DNA of 64,000 nt. Source: Mantamonas sphyraenae STR306. Its lineage: Eukaryota > Protista > CRuMs. This document shows positions 53,240-64,000 of this stretch, in pieces. Position numbers and translations under genes: made by a program. The stretch is taken from the NCBI GenBank assembly GCA_026936335.1, contig JAPMXV010000011.1, forward strand, positions 226,544 to 290,543, written 5' to 3'. How positions within the stretch are numbered: position 1 is the first letter of the stretch; the number at the start of each line of letters is the position of its first letter. The notes beneath the pieces are model-generated. The model was not told where the DNA came from. It made no database searches and saw nothing but the letters and a program-made list of their open reading frames with translations.

Positions 53240-55819
53240 CTACTCGGGCTTTTGTTTGTTTGATGGGCGCATGGCAACACGGGAAAACAGGGAGGACCAA
53301 AGTCCGGCAAGGCTCCAGAGAGTGAGGACGGGCGGGAGGTGGTAGACACGGACGAGAGCAAGTGGGAGAGCGCAGAGAGCGCAGAGGATGGCGAGCCAGC
53401 TCCAGGGAGCAAGGCCTCGCTGAGGGACGTCTGAATCAGAGAGGAGAGTGAGGATGTGGACAAGCATGGGGATGAGGTAGAGGAACCAAGGGTCGGGCAT
53501 GTCGACGACGAAGCGGTTCTGCTCGATGACGGCACGGATCCAGGCGGCGGTGTTGGGCGCAACGGTGATCCAGCAGATGAGATAGACGAGAGCAACGGCC
53601 TCGCGGAAGTGTTGGCGAGAGTGGATGATGCGCAGGCGTGTGAGGCCGACCAGATCGTCGTCGTCGTCGCCGCCGTCGTTGGTTTCGTTCGCTGGGACGG
53701 CATCGCGGTCGCGGCGACGGCGCAGGATATCGAGGATGTGGTCAGATGAGATATCGAGGTCATCGTGGCGTGTGGCGCGGTGTGCACGTGCATTGGCAGC
53801 GTGCCAGAGGAGGAGGAGGACAAAGCCAGCGAGGACAAGGCCGGCGTGGGAGGAGGAGACAAGGGCGATGACGACGGCGGCCTGGATGGCATAGGTGAGA
53901 AGGGGTCTGCGCGACGGACGGGCCTTGACGCGTGCGCGGCCGGCACGTGTGAGCAGATAGTAGAGCCAGTGGGGCCAGGAGAGGAGCCAGGTAAGGAGGC
54001 GGACGACGGCGTGGAGGAGGAGGGTGAAACCGGCGGCAAGGATGGCAAAGAGGAGAAGGGTGGGAGCGTCGGGATGGTGGGTGGCGGGGAGATCGGCAAA
54101 GAGGACCGGGTGTGCAAGGAGAGGAGAGACGGGAATGAGAAGGAGAGCGGCACGGATGAGGGCAGCGTGGGTGGACGGGAAGATGGCTGCAATTTGGTGT
54201 TCGCGGAGCTGCCAGGCAAAGGCGAGGAGGACAAGGGCGAAGGAGAATGCAGGGAGGAGACCCGCGTGAGCACGTAGGGTGGCGCCAAGGGTGCGGAGCC
54301 AGTCGATTTGGACGCGGGGGGCAAAGTGGCAGCGTGGATCGGCCACGAGGGCGATGGTAAGGTTTGCCGTGTGGAAGTAGGTCGATGCGGAGGCCTCGAG
54401 GATGGGCAGGGGCGCGACGCGGAGGCGGAGCGGAACCTGATGGAGGGATTGGTTGTGTGCGGAGAGCTGGAGAAAGGGATGCCATGGAAGAGCGTCGAGG
54501 GCCAGCCTGGTGGACGGGTGGGCAAGGAGAGGGCAGTCCGGGTGGCTGCGCTGGGGAACATGCTGTAGGCGGATGTGGAAGACCTGGGTGGGGTCAGAGG
54601 GCCCTTGCCAGAGGAGGGATGCGACGGACGGGTGCTCGCCGTGTTCAAACTGGGCAAAGAGGACGCGTTGCGGGTCTGGGGCAGGTGAGGCGTGCGGGAG
54701 CAGGCGACGGACGGACACCGATGAGGAGTGGCCGCGTTCTTGGACGGCAGCGAGGATGGGAAGTGTGGGTGCGTCGAGCCAGCGTGGGTAGGAAGTAAAC
54801 ATGCCTGCGGTGCGGGCATGGATGGGAGGGTAGGCCAGGGGCCAACGGGAGCGCATAGCGGCGAGGACAGATTCGGGCTCCTTGCGAGGAAGGTGATGGA
54901 GGTCAAAGAGGGTGTCCACGGTGCGTAGAACGACCTGATTGCACCAAAGGATGGACAGATGGTCGTTCTGGAGCTGAAGCATGGTCGAGACCGACTCTGT
55001 GAGGGCAAAGTGCGCGTTGGAGGCGTTGGGCAGGTGGGAGAGGCGGGCATCGATGAGCTGGTCGCGCAGACCTCCAGAGATGGAGAGAACGGGAGTGGGC
55101 GGGAGACTGGGCAGGCGTTGATAGATATGGTGGAGGCGGTGGTCGACAAGGAGGGGCGGGGCGAGGTGAGGTGTGGCGAGGGTGATGACAAAGGGGACGC
55201 TGTCGGGGAGGTAGTTTGTGGCGAGAGGGAGTGCGCGTGCGACGATGCCGCCCATGCTGTGGGCGACGACGTAGACGTGCTTGACGTGGGGCAGGTGTTG
55301 GTAGAGGGCGAGGAGGGAGCGGATGGCGTTGTTGGCAAAAAGGACCTGGTGCCAGAGAAGATGTCCACTAAAGGCAACGAGCTCCTCGTTGAGGTCCAGT
55401 GTGTACCAGTCCAACTCATGGATGGCGTCGTGGCGCCAGTTGACCTGGCCAAGGTGTGCGTTGACGACGTGGGAGTCTGCGTAGTTGCCGAGGGGCCGTT
55501 TGGAGTGGGCGCGGGCCGACTCTGCGGCTAAGGAACGGACCTGGCCACGGGTGCCTGCGTTGCCAGGGATAAAGAGGACAGGCTGGCCAGCCGGGGCGGG
55601 AAACGGCGCGCCAGGGCGGTGGACACCCTCGAGGTAGCGGTAGAGGGCGTACTTGGTGGTGGCGTTAGCCACAGGGACCTGGCGGTAGTTTGGGCGCATG
55701 TAGGTCATGGTGCAGTGGTTTGGCTGGGCCATGTCGTGGCGGAGGTGGAGGGCAAAGGGAGTGACGAGAAATGCAGCTGCGAGGAGGAGGGTGAAGAGGA
55801 CAGAAAGGGAGGAGGTCAT
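53240..55819 (-). CDS. PGAP1: GPI inositol-deacylase PGAP1/Bst1
   Basis: N-terminal TM, CTMTYMRPNY, PVLFIPGNAG, AHSMGG nucleophile, ITLATPH, HLSILWCNQ, and C-terminal TM helices. Confidence 0.93.
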   Translation of the reverse strand: MTSSLSVLFTLLLAAAFLVTPFALHLRHDMAQPNHCTMTYMRPNYRQVPVANATTKYALYRYLEGVHRPGAPFPAPAGQPVLFIPGNAGTRGQVRSLAAESARAHSKRPLGNYADSHVVNAHLGQVNWRHDAIHELDWYTLDLNEELVAFSGHLLWHQVLFANNAIRSLLALYQHLPHVKHVYVVAHSMGGIVARALPLATNYLPDSVPFVITLATPHLAPPLLVDHRLHHIYQRLPSLPPTPVLSISGGLRDQLIDARLSHLPNASNAHFALTESVSTMLQLQNDHLSILWCNQVVLRTVDTLFDLHHLPRKEPESVLAAMRSRWPLAYPPIHARTAGMFTSYPRWLDAPTLPILAAVQERGHSSSVSVRRLLPHASPAPDPQRVLFAQFEHGEHPSVASLLWQGPSDPTQVFHIRLQHVPQRSHPDCPLLAHPSTRLALDALPWHPFLQLSAHNQSLHQVPLRLRVAPLPILEASASTYFHTANLTIALVADPRCHFAPRVQIDWLRTLGATLRAHAGLLPAFSFALVLLAFAWQLREHQIAAIFPSTHAALIRAALLLIPVSPLLAHPVLFADLPATHHPDAPTLLLFAILAAGFTLLLHAVVRLLTWLLSWPHWLYYLLTRAGRARVKARPSRRPLLTYAIQAAVVIALVSSSHAGLVLAGFVLLLLWHAANARAHRATRHDDLDISSDHILDILRRRRDRDAVPANETNDGGDDDDDLVGLTRLRIIHSRQHFREAVALVYLICWITVAPNTAAWIRAVIEQNRFVVDMPDPWFLYLIPMLVHILTLLSDSDVPQRGLAPWSWLAILCALCALPLALVRVYHLPPVLTLWSLAGLWSSLFSRVAMRPSNKQKPE

Positions 55820-55960
55820 GGTGGGTAGAGGCGGGGTGGTGTGATGGGGGGGGGGAGGGGGGGAGGGGGGTGGGTTGGGTGGGGTCGTGGATGGGATGGG
55901 AGCGAGTGCGCAGGGCGAGGCACTGTTTCTGCCAGACGACGACGAGAAGCGAGAGGCGTG

Positions 55961-58900
55961 ATGAGTAACGTGGTCGGCAAGATGAAGCGCGCGGGCAAGA
56001 ACGTGCGCAGTGGCAGCAGCAGCGGAAACTACTTTGAGACGTCGAAACCCAAGTACGGGGAGATTAGCAAGCAGTTGAACGGGAACAGCAACAAGGAGAA
56101 GCTGGACGCGATGAAGCGGCTTGTGGCGGTGAGTTTTTGTGGGGGAGAGCGCGAGGAGGAGCGTGTAGAGGGCACGGAGAGGGGGAAAGGCGGGCTGACG
56201 AAGAAGAGGGCGCAGATGATGAGCAAGGGCCGAGACGTGAGCGAGTTCTTTCCGGACGTGGTGAAGAACGTGGTGTGCTCGTCGCTGGAAGTGAAGAAGC
56301 ATGTGTACATGTACTTGGTGCACTATGCGGACCAGCAGCAAGATCTGGCACTGCTGTCGATCAACACATTCCAAAAGGACATGGAAAACTCGAATCAGCT
56401 GATCCGCGCGCTGGCGCTGCGCGTGTTGTCGTCTATCCGAGTGGAGATGATCGCACAGCTGGTGGTGATGGCCATCCGCAAGGGGGCGAACGATGGAAGC
56501 GCGTTTGTGCGCAAGACGGCGGCGCTGGCCGTGCCCAAAGCATACAGGTAAGCGGCGGATGGCAGAGCGGGAGCGTGGATTGGCTGGCAAAATGCGCAGG
56601 TGTGAGAGGGTTAGGAGCGGGTGGGGCGAGGGGAGTGGGGATGAGGACGGGCAGAGGGCCAAGGAGCGTGGACATGAGGACGATGCAGAGTGGAAGAGAG
56701 TGTGTGCATGGGGCGGGGTGGAGCGGAGAGGCGGGTGCGGGAGGGAAATGGAGGGGCGAGAGGGAATGGGCAAAACCCTCCCGCGAACAAGGCCCGGGGC
56801 GCGGGAATGAGAAGGGACGGAGGGGAGAACACAGGCTGACGCGAGAGACACACGTACACACAGCCTGGACCGTGAACAGCAAGGAGAGCTGGAATCCATT
56901 GTGGCGTCACTGCTGCGTGACAAGTCGACGATGGTGCTCGGGGCGGCTGTGGTTGCGTTTACACAGGTGTGCCCGGACAAGTACGAGCTGCTGCATCCTG
57001 TGTTCCGCAAGCTTTGTAACCTGCTGCCGGATGTGGACGAGTGGGGGCAGATTGCAACGATCAACCTGCTGATTCGGTACTGCCGTACGCAGTTTGTGTC
57101 GCCTTTCAAGAACCAGAGCAAGAAGACGGGCACGCACAAGAGCGGCTTCTACTCGTCGGACGACGAGGAAGAAGAAGGCGGACAGAGCAGCGGGCAGAGC
57201 AAGGCGCGCGGGAGCGCGTTTGACGACGAGGAACTTGACTTTTTCGGCAAGGGAAGTAGCAAGGGATCGGCGGGCAAGAGCGGCCAGGAGAACGAGTCGT
57301 CGGACGAAGAGGAGTCTGAGGACGAGGCGGAGGGTGGCAAAGAAACGACACAGAACAACAACAAGGGCTATGTTATGGACGCGGATCTTCGGCTGTTTCT
57401 GGACGGGATCCAGTCGCTGCTGCAGTCGCGCAACAGCGGGGTGGTGATGGCGGTGGCGACGGCGTACTACCACCTGGCACCTGCAGCGCAGGCAGCCAAG
57501 GCAGGCAAGGCCATGACACGTGTGCTGCGCAACGGGCGAGAAATCCAGTATGTGATGCTGGCCAACATTGCTACGATGAGTGCGCAGTATCCGGCGATGT
57601 TTTCGCCGTACCTGCGGGAGTTTTTCGTGCGACAGACAGACCCGTCGTTCATCAAGATGCTGAAGCTGGAAGTGATCTCGCGAGTGGCGAACGAGTCGAA
57701 CATTGGGGAGATTCTGGGCGAGTTTCAGGCGTACGTCAAGAGCTTCGACAAGGGCTTTGTGACGGCTACGATCCAGGCGATTGGCCACTGTGCGTTTACG
57801 GTGCCAGAGGTGACGGACCGTTGCCTGATTGGTTTGATGAACCTGGCCAAGCATTCGTCGGACGTGGTTGTGGGCGAGGCTGTGGTGGTGATCAAGAAGC
57901 TGCTGCAGCTGCGACCCAACGACAACGAAATGGTCATCCGCAAGCTTGCGTTTGCGCTGCAAACGATTCAGGCGCCGGCTGCGCGTGCGTCGATTGTGTG
58001 GGTTGTGGGCGAGTACATCGACCAGGTGGAAAGCATCGGGCCGGACGTGCTGCGGTTGTGCGCCAAAACGTTTTTGAACGAGGCAAACGAAGTGAAGCTG
58101 CAAGTGATCAACCTTGCGGCGAAGCTTGTGCTGAAGAACCCGAGCGCGACGCGGCTGTTGGCGGAGTACGTGCTGGGGGTGGCCAAGTACGACCTGGACT
58201 ACGACATCCGTGACCGTGCACGCATGCTGCGTGTACTGCTGCTGGAAAGCGAAGAGGGAGGGTCGGGAAGCAGCAGCAGCAGCTTGATCGGAGAGGAAGA
58301 GGGCGGATCGAGCGGCGGGGACGGAGGCGTGTCGCTTCTTCGCGAGCAGGCGCTGTCGTTGTTTTGCACAGACAAGCCGACGCCGACGCTGACGAGTGCG
58401 ACAAAGGACCGCTCGCAGTTTATGCTGAATTCGCTGTCACACACGGTGGGCCATCGGGTGGCCGGGTACGAGCCGCTGCCTGAATTTCCAGAGGTTGCAC
58501 CGGAGACGGACCGCACGGAACCTGTGGTGGGCGGGAGCAAGGTTGGAGCCAGCGCGGCGTCGTCGACGTTTTACAGCGACGAGGAAGAGGAAGAATGGGA
58601 GACGGACAGCGAGGAAGAGTGGGAGACGGACAGCGAGGAGGAGAGCGGAGAGAGCGAGGAGGAGTGGGAGACGGACAGCGAGGAGGAGAGTGGGGAGAGC
58701 GAGGAGGAGTGGGAGACGGACAGCGAGGAAGAGAGCGGGGAGAGCGAAGAGGAGGAGGTGGTCAAGGTGAACACCAAGGTGGCGCCGGCGAAGAAGAAGG
58801 TGGCGGAGAGCGGCAAGAAAAGCCAGAGTGCGCTGGATCTGCTGAGCGGTATGGACCTGGGAGGGGTGGGATCGTCGTCTGGTGGTGGTGGTGGAGGAGG

Positions 58901-59690
58901 ACTGCTGATGACGAGCGCAAGCAGCAGCGGACTGTTTGGAGCCGGGGCGGGATATGACGTGCCCAAAATGAGGTAAGTGTGGTGAGAGAGGGTGGACGGT
59001 GAACGGGAGGGGGTTGGATAATCGTGTGCTGACGGGGTGTGCAGCGAGTACAAGCAGGTGTTGAGCCACTTGAACGGGGGCGGGCTGGAGATCGAGGCAG
59101 CGTTCCTGCGGCGGGCCAGCATCCACAGCGCGACTATGAATCCGGTGCGGCTGCGGCTGACAAATCACAACCAGGGCAACCTGTCTGGGATCCGGTGCGA
59201 AGTGGGGTCTGACGCGGACATGGTGGGGTTCGACGAGATTGACATTCTGGGCGGGCAGAGCAACATGACGGTGGACGTCAACGTGGACTTTCACATGAAG
59301 ACGTCGGGAGTCAAGTTTGACGTGAGCACAGAGCGGGGCAAGTACACGGTGTCGCTCGGGGCGCCTGCTGGTGAGCTGCTGCAGCCTGCGCATATGACGG
59401 AGGCGGAGTTTGATGAGAAGCAGGCGAGCCTGGGCGGGATGAACGCAAACACGGGCGACGTGGAGTGTGGAAGCGCGCAGGAGGTTGTGGCGGCGGTGCT
59501 GCAGGAGATGAACATGGCGGTGGTGAGCGGGGATGATGGGAAAAAGGTGCGTTTGGCGGCCAAGACGCTGCAGGAGCAGGCAGAGACGGTGTTGGTGAGT
59601 GTGGAGGAGGGCAAGTTGACGGTGAACTCGGGGAGCATGATGCTGGTGCATTCCTTGTGGCAGGCGGCGAAGAATGCGATTGAGGGGTGA
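55961..59690 (+). CDS. AP3B: AP-3 complex subunit beta, exons 55961-56128, 56216-56547, 56864-58972, 59045-59690
   Basis: KLDAMKRLVA|MMSKGRDVSEFFPDVVKNV, LALLSINTFQK, DVDEWGQ, YDLDYDIRDRAR, SLSHTVG; C-terminal ear exon. Confidence 0.96.
58579..58755 (+). repeat. Coding acidic tandem repeat (EEEWETDSEEESGES)-type, ~4 copies in the AP3B hinge
   Basis: Repeated gagtgggagacggacagcgagga units. Confidence 0.9.
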
Positions 59691-59705
59691 GGAAATGAAC
59701 AAGGT

Positions 59706-61005
59706 TCACACCACCAGCAGCTGCACCAGTGCGTGCCTAGCGGGCACCAGGTGGACTTCGTAGAACGAAGTCTGCGAAAAGTATGGGAAGACCTTGGCTT
59801 GAGCCACTGGCAGTTGATCGCAAGCGGCGTGGAGCGCGACAATTCGCTGATCGTTCCAAAACTTTCGCCGGTAGAACGCGGCCCAAAGAGTCGGCACACA
59901 CACAAGCATACCCCCCACCGCGAAAATACCCATCAGAGAGTCTGCAAGCACCTCTACCCACCATTCCGTCAAAGATGTCAAAATGACCAGCAGCACCGCA
60001 GCAACACTGGATGCGCCCATCATCCACATGCCAACATTTGCGACCCGAAAAGCACGCTTCATCTCCTCAGTTTGCTGTTCAGTGACCTCGTTGAACCGTC
60101 TGCTTGCGTTGTCGATCAACTCGTCCAGTTGTCTCTTGTCCAATTCCAGCCCAGGTGGCACTTCGGCAAACTGGTCAAATCGGAAGTCTTCTGGCTGATC
60201 CGAACACCTGTGCCACAAGCTCACCCAAACACCATCTACCTGCTGGCGAGGGGCATTGGGGGGGAGAGGTATGGGGGTGGATCCGTCCGGGATGTGTTGA
60301 AAAACAAGCGACTGCACGGTGCTCGTCCGATCGGTGTCCTCGTCCTCAAAGTCCACACGTAGGTGAGCCCTTGCAAAGGAAGGATTGGCGTTGTGTCGAA
60401 AGCACAGCTCTCTCGCTGCCTGCAACCAAGCTGATCGGATGGCGAACGAAATTGCCACAGCGACCAACAGTAGCAACAAGCCAAGGCCATACAGAACGCC
60501 CATCACAATCACCACAGTGGTTTTGTAGTCGTCGTCCACGAAGATGGTGGAAATCGCGGCGACCAGCCCGAGGATGAAGGGGCCGTATGACACCTGCCCC
60601 AACCGACTCTGGAGACCCCGGCGCTTGTGTGTGCGGTGAAAAGCCACCATGGCGTCGTCTATGGGAGCGTTGAGATCGTGTAGATCAAGGAACTGTGTTT
60701 GTGGTTTCGTTCTGTGGAAAGTGAGCAAACTCCAAAGGAGCCAAACTCAATCAATCAAACTCAATCAGGCAAACTCCAGCACCGTGCCCGCAGGCGCAAG
60801 ACAGAGTGGCCTGTGGGTTGCAGAAGCCCGTGTTTACGTGTATGCACTCAAGTGCAAAACGGACAGGCTCCCAGACACGTGCGTGCAAGGCGTGGCAACT
60901 CACGGGCGCAAGCTCGGCGGGAACCTCGTTCCAGCGCTGGAAGAGTGCGAAGCGATCGTTGGGAGTGCTATGGTGTCTGCTGAACCATGTTTTGTGGTTG
61001 GACAT
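59706..61005 (-). CDS. Hypothetical membrane protein with an internal duplication (2 x [soluble segment + TM hairpin]), exons 61005-60904, 60692-59706
   Basis: A phase-0 GTGAGT..CAG intron gives FQRWNEVPAELAPFLDLHDLNAPIDDA, which aligns with the downstream FDQFAEVPPGLELDKRQLDELIDNA. Each copy is followed by two TM helices. Confidence 0.7.
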
Positions 61006-61131
61006 GGAGGAGCACAGTCAATTTTGATTTGCCAAAGGAAGCGCTGATTTTTGGCGAGCCAGTGAGCCGGGAGTGATTGGGTGGGTGGAGAGGGGAGGGT
61101 GAGTGGGAAGGTGTGGGAATGAAGGGGTGGT

Positions 61132-63184
61132 TCATTCCAGGCGCTGGCGTTTGGAGGAGGAGGAGGAGGAGGAGGAGGAGGAAGGTTCTTTGCGCTTGGG
61201 GAGGGTGAAGGAGGGGATGGGGTAGGCGTTGACGAGTGCGATGGTTGTGGGGCGGGTGGTGATGTGAGGTGTGATGCGGTCGATGAGGGTGTGGAGGAGG
61301 GTGTGCAGTGTGGCGTCGGTGGGTTTGGGTTTGTCGAGCCAGGCGATCTTGAGGGAGAGGGAGGTGACGCCGCGGGTTAGGGTGCCAGTGATGGCACTTT
61401 GCACCTGCCTGTAGGTGAGGCGTGGTCTGAGGAGGCGGACAAAGAAGGCCAGGTCGACAGGGGGCACACTAACGTTGCCCAGCGCCAGGATGATGTGTCG
61501 CAGCAGGGACAGCAGGCTGCCTTTGTTGATCAGCTCACGCAGTGCCTGGTGCTCGTGTGTGTGTTGATGGTGAGGGTGCTTGGCTGCGCGTGCCTTCATG
61601 TGTGCCAGCAGCGTATGGAACTCTCGCGCCGTGCAGCTGCCACGCTCATCGCTGAGACGGCTGCTCCAGCCACTGCGTACAGGCTCAGGATGCCACTTTT
61701 CCACCTTGGTAGTGGTGAGGTGGTGGTCGTAGTCGCATTGTGTCCAGTGTGGGTCGCTGTCGTTGTCAGCAGGGCGTCGTGCTTTCTGCAGCCACAGCTG
61801 GGTCTGCTTGTGCTTCTTCCAGGTGGTGGGATGGGGCCTGTCGCCGAGAGTGTCTATCTCTGTCATGAGGAGGTGGAGGAGGGCGTAGTTGGGGTCGCCA
61901 TGGTCGTGTGGCTCCTCCAGCCAGCACACCTTCAACCCAGCCTTTGTCACACCCATGGCCAGACCAGCGTTCTTGATGGCAGCACTGCACGCCTGTTGAT
62001 CCATGTCACGGCCGAGAAGGGTGAGGCAGAAGGCCATATCTCCCTGGGAGAGGGGAATGTTGCCCAGAGCGAGCTGAATCTGTCGGACCAGCGTCAACAG
62101 GGTGCCATGGCAGACCACAACACGCGCCTGCAGGGTCATGAGGTCGGGGATGTCGTCGTTTGGATGCTCGTTGGCCAGCGTGTGCATGTGCTTCAGCAGT
62201 GCCGTGTGCTCCTCCTTGTTGCTGTGGCTGCGCTCGTCACTGTGTCCCGCTGTCCACCCTTTCCGCACAACACCATCCGGCAACTTGTTGATCTTGTTCA
62301 CGCCTGCTTTCTTCCGTGCGCCGGTGTCTCCGTTCTTGGCCATCCTTGCTCGTGTGCTCGACGTTCCTGTCTCGGTGCCACTGCCGGCCGTGACCCTGGG
62401 CCTGCCCTGTCCGATGCCTTTCATCGCTTGTGGATCAGTACGGCTGGTGTGGTTTCTACGACGCCGTCTGCGGCCTCTGCTTGTGCGTTTTGGCTGCCAT
62501 TCGTCCGTGTACTTATGTTCCATGTCGTCTGCGTCGTCGTCGCTGTCGTCTTGCGGCATGTACTCCTCATCCATGGCATCACCAATGTCTGCGAAGCTGA
62601 GTGCGCCCCCGGGTTTCCAACTCGTCGTCCACGTGCTGCTGAGGTGCGTCGTTTGCCTCGCCGTCTTCGTCGTACGCCTCCATCCCTGAGCTGGTCATCC
62701 ACTCTGAGTTGCTGGAGGTTGACCGTGGTTCAGGGTGGCGAAAGTTCAGGAACATCAGGTCCTCCACGTCGCCGGTGTCATGTGTGTGCGTGTCCTGGTC
62801 TGCGTCGTCGTCGTCGCTGTCTCCAGTCTGCTGTGTGGCCTGGTGGTAGGAGGACGATGTGGTGGTGGATGTGGTCCGTGCGATGCCGACAAAGGCAGGT
62901 CTGACGCGATTGGGGACGCGGTTGTGGTTTGTGGTGGGTTGAGCAGGTGGAGGGTGCAACGGAGGCTGAGCGAAGCGCATCTGGGCGGTTTGTCGCGGCT
63001 GAGGAGGCGGCGGAGGAGGGTAGGCGTAGTATGGGTGGCCCTGATGAGCATATGCGTGGTGCTGCTGGGGATGAGTGTTGACAGGGACCCAGATGATGGG
63101 TGGTTGTGGGTGCTGGTACGGGTTTTGAACGCCAGAGACGGGCAGCATGTTCGGAAACGGCTGGGCAGCCATGGGAGAGACCAT
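61132..63184 (-). CDS. Subtelomeric hypothetical gene: Pro/Gln-rich N-terminal ORF (63184-62579) and a 480-aa ORF (62574-61132) with a duplicated ~120-aa domain; probable frameshift near 62610
   Basis: Two similar blocks (GW..SDER...LL.HM...G.LL.L.R.I.LALGN...D.AF...GVT...LK..WL..P). Removing one C in GAAACCCGGGGG fuses the two ORFs. Confidence 0.6.
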
Positions 63185-63842
63185 GTACGCGTAGCTGTGA
63201 GGAGGACGGGAAGGGAATTGCGGGGAGGGTACGGTGAGTGGAAGGCGGGATGGACGCCGTCAGGGCAGAAGCGGGGGTGAAGGGAGGCAGGAACGAGCAA
63301 AGAGGGAAAACGGAGGAGATCGGCTGACGGGGAAACTGGCAACCGGGAGGGCAGTGACAGGGGAGAGGGGATCGGAGAAGAGCGGAGAAGGCAGCAGCGG
63401 TGGTGATGGGCAAGTGGAGATGCAGGGGAGGAGTGCAGGGAAGCGACGGAGGCATGGAGGAGGCAAGGAAGCGGGAGAAGCGGGCGGTCAGAAAAACGGA
63501 GTGGAAGGCAGAACGCACGGTGGGTAGGTGTTGGGTGTGTGTTGTTGCTTCGGAGTGCTTGAGTAGTCTTTGTCCATGGTGGTGATGGTGGTACTGGAGT
63601 GTATGTGGATTGTGTTGGACTGGTGGAAGGTGTGGTGGGTGTTGGTGATATTTTGGTTGAAGGCGGATGGGCAGTGCTGACTGCGCGGCGTTGCAGGACG
63701 ACGGCCACTCACCAGCGACATTTCCACTCCCACCCATTGCCCACTGCCCCATGTCACCACCCAACTCAGCCACCCCGCCAGCAGACACAAGCACAACTCA
63801 CATGACATAGACCGGACTCATATGACAACAGGGCAAACTATC

Positions 63843-64000
63843 TTAGGGTTAGGGTTAGGGTTAGGGTTAGGGTTAGGGTTAGGGTTAGGGTTAGGGTTAG
63901 GGTTAGGGTTAGGGTTAGGGTTAGGGTTAGGGTTAGGGTTAGGGTTAGGGTTAGGGTTAGGGTTAGGGTTAGGGTTAGGGTTAGGGTTAGGGTTAGGGTT
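63843..64000 (+). repeat. Telomere, (TTAGGG)n, ~26 perfect copies to the window end
   Basis: Uninterrupted TTAGGG array with the G-strand running 5'->3' toward the end. Confidence 0.99.

Noticed and set aside
52471-55452. 993-aa ORF suggesting a long N-terminal extension on CSL4
   Set aside because: The upstream part is an alternative S/P-rich frame of PGAP1. CSL4 homology begins at ATG 53232.
55820-57139. N-terminal ~440 aa of the 1299-aa ORF
   Set aside because: It is antisense to AP3B exons. PGAP1 starts at 55819.

Overview
This is the distal 64 kb of a chromosome arm from a very gene-dense, GC-rich, intron-containing microbial eukaryote, ending in a (TTAGGG)n telomere at 63843-64000. 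About 22 host genes are packed with gaps that are often under 70 bp. They include VPS13B (partial), RPS3A, AP-3 delta and beta, BUD22/SRFBP1, dUTPase, an M20 peptidase, WDR74, RMC1, ACSL, maspardin, CSL4 and PGAP1. Introns are GT-AG with CTGAC/CTCAC-type branch points. The standout is a ~7.9 kb insertion (44597-52461) bounded by a perfect 13-bp direct repeat. On the minus strand it carries three parts. The first is a DD34E Tc1/IS630 transposase whose N-terminus closely resembles a Pax paired domain, with a 2-nt frameshift. The second is a spliced ~1765-aa protein joining an N-terminal XPG/FEN-like PIN nuclease to a C-terminal Fanzor/TnpB RuvC with an intact D-E-D triad. The third is a hairpin-rich ~250-nt non-coding segment between the Fanzor stop and the element end, where an omegaRNA is expected. 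All calls come from reading motifs by eye; no database searches were run, and exon models are inferred without transcript data.
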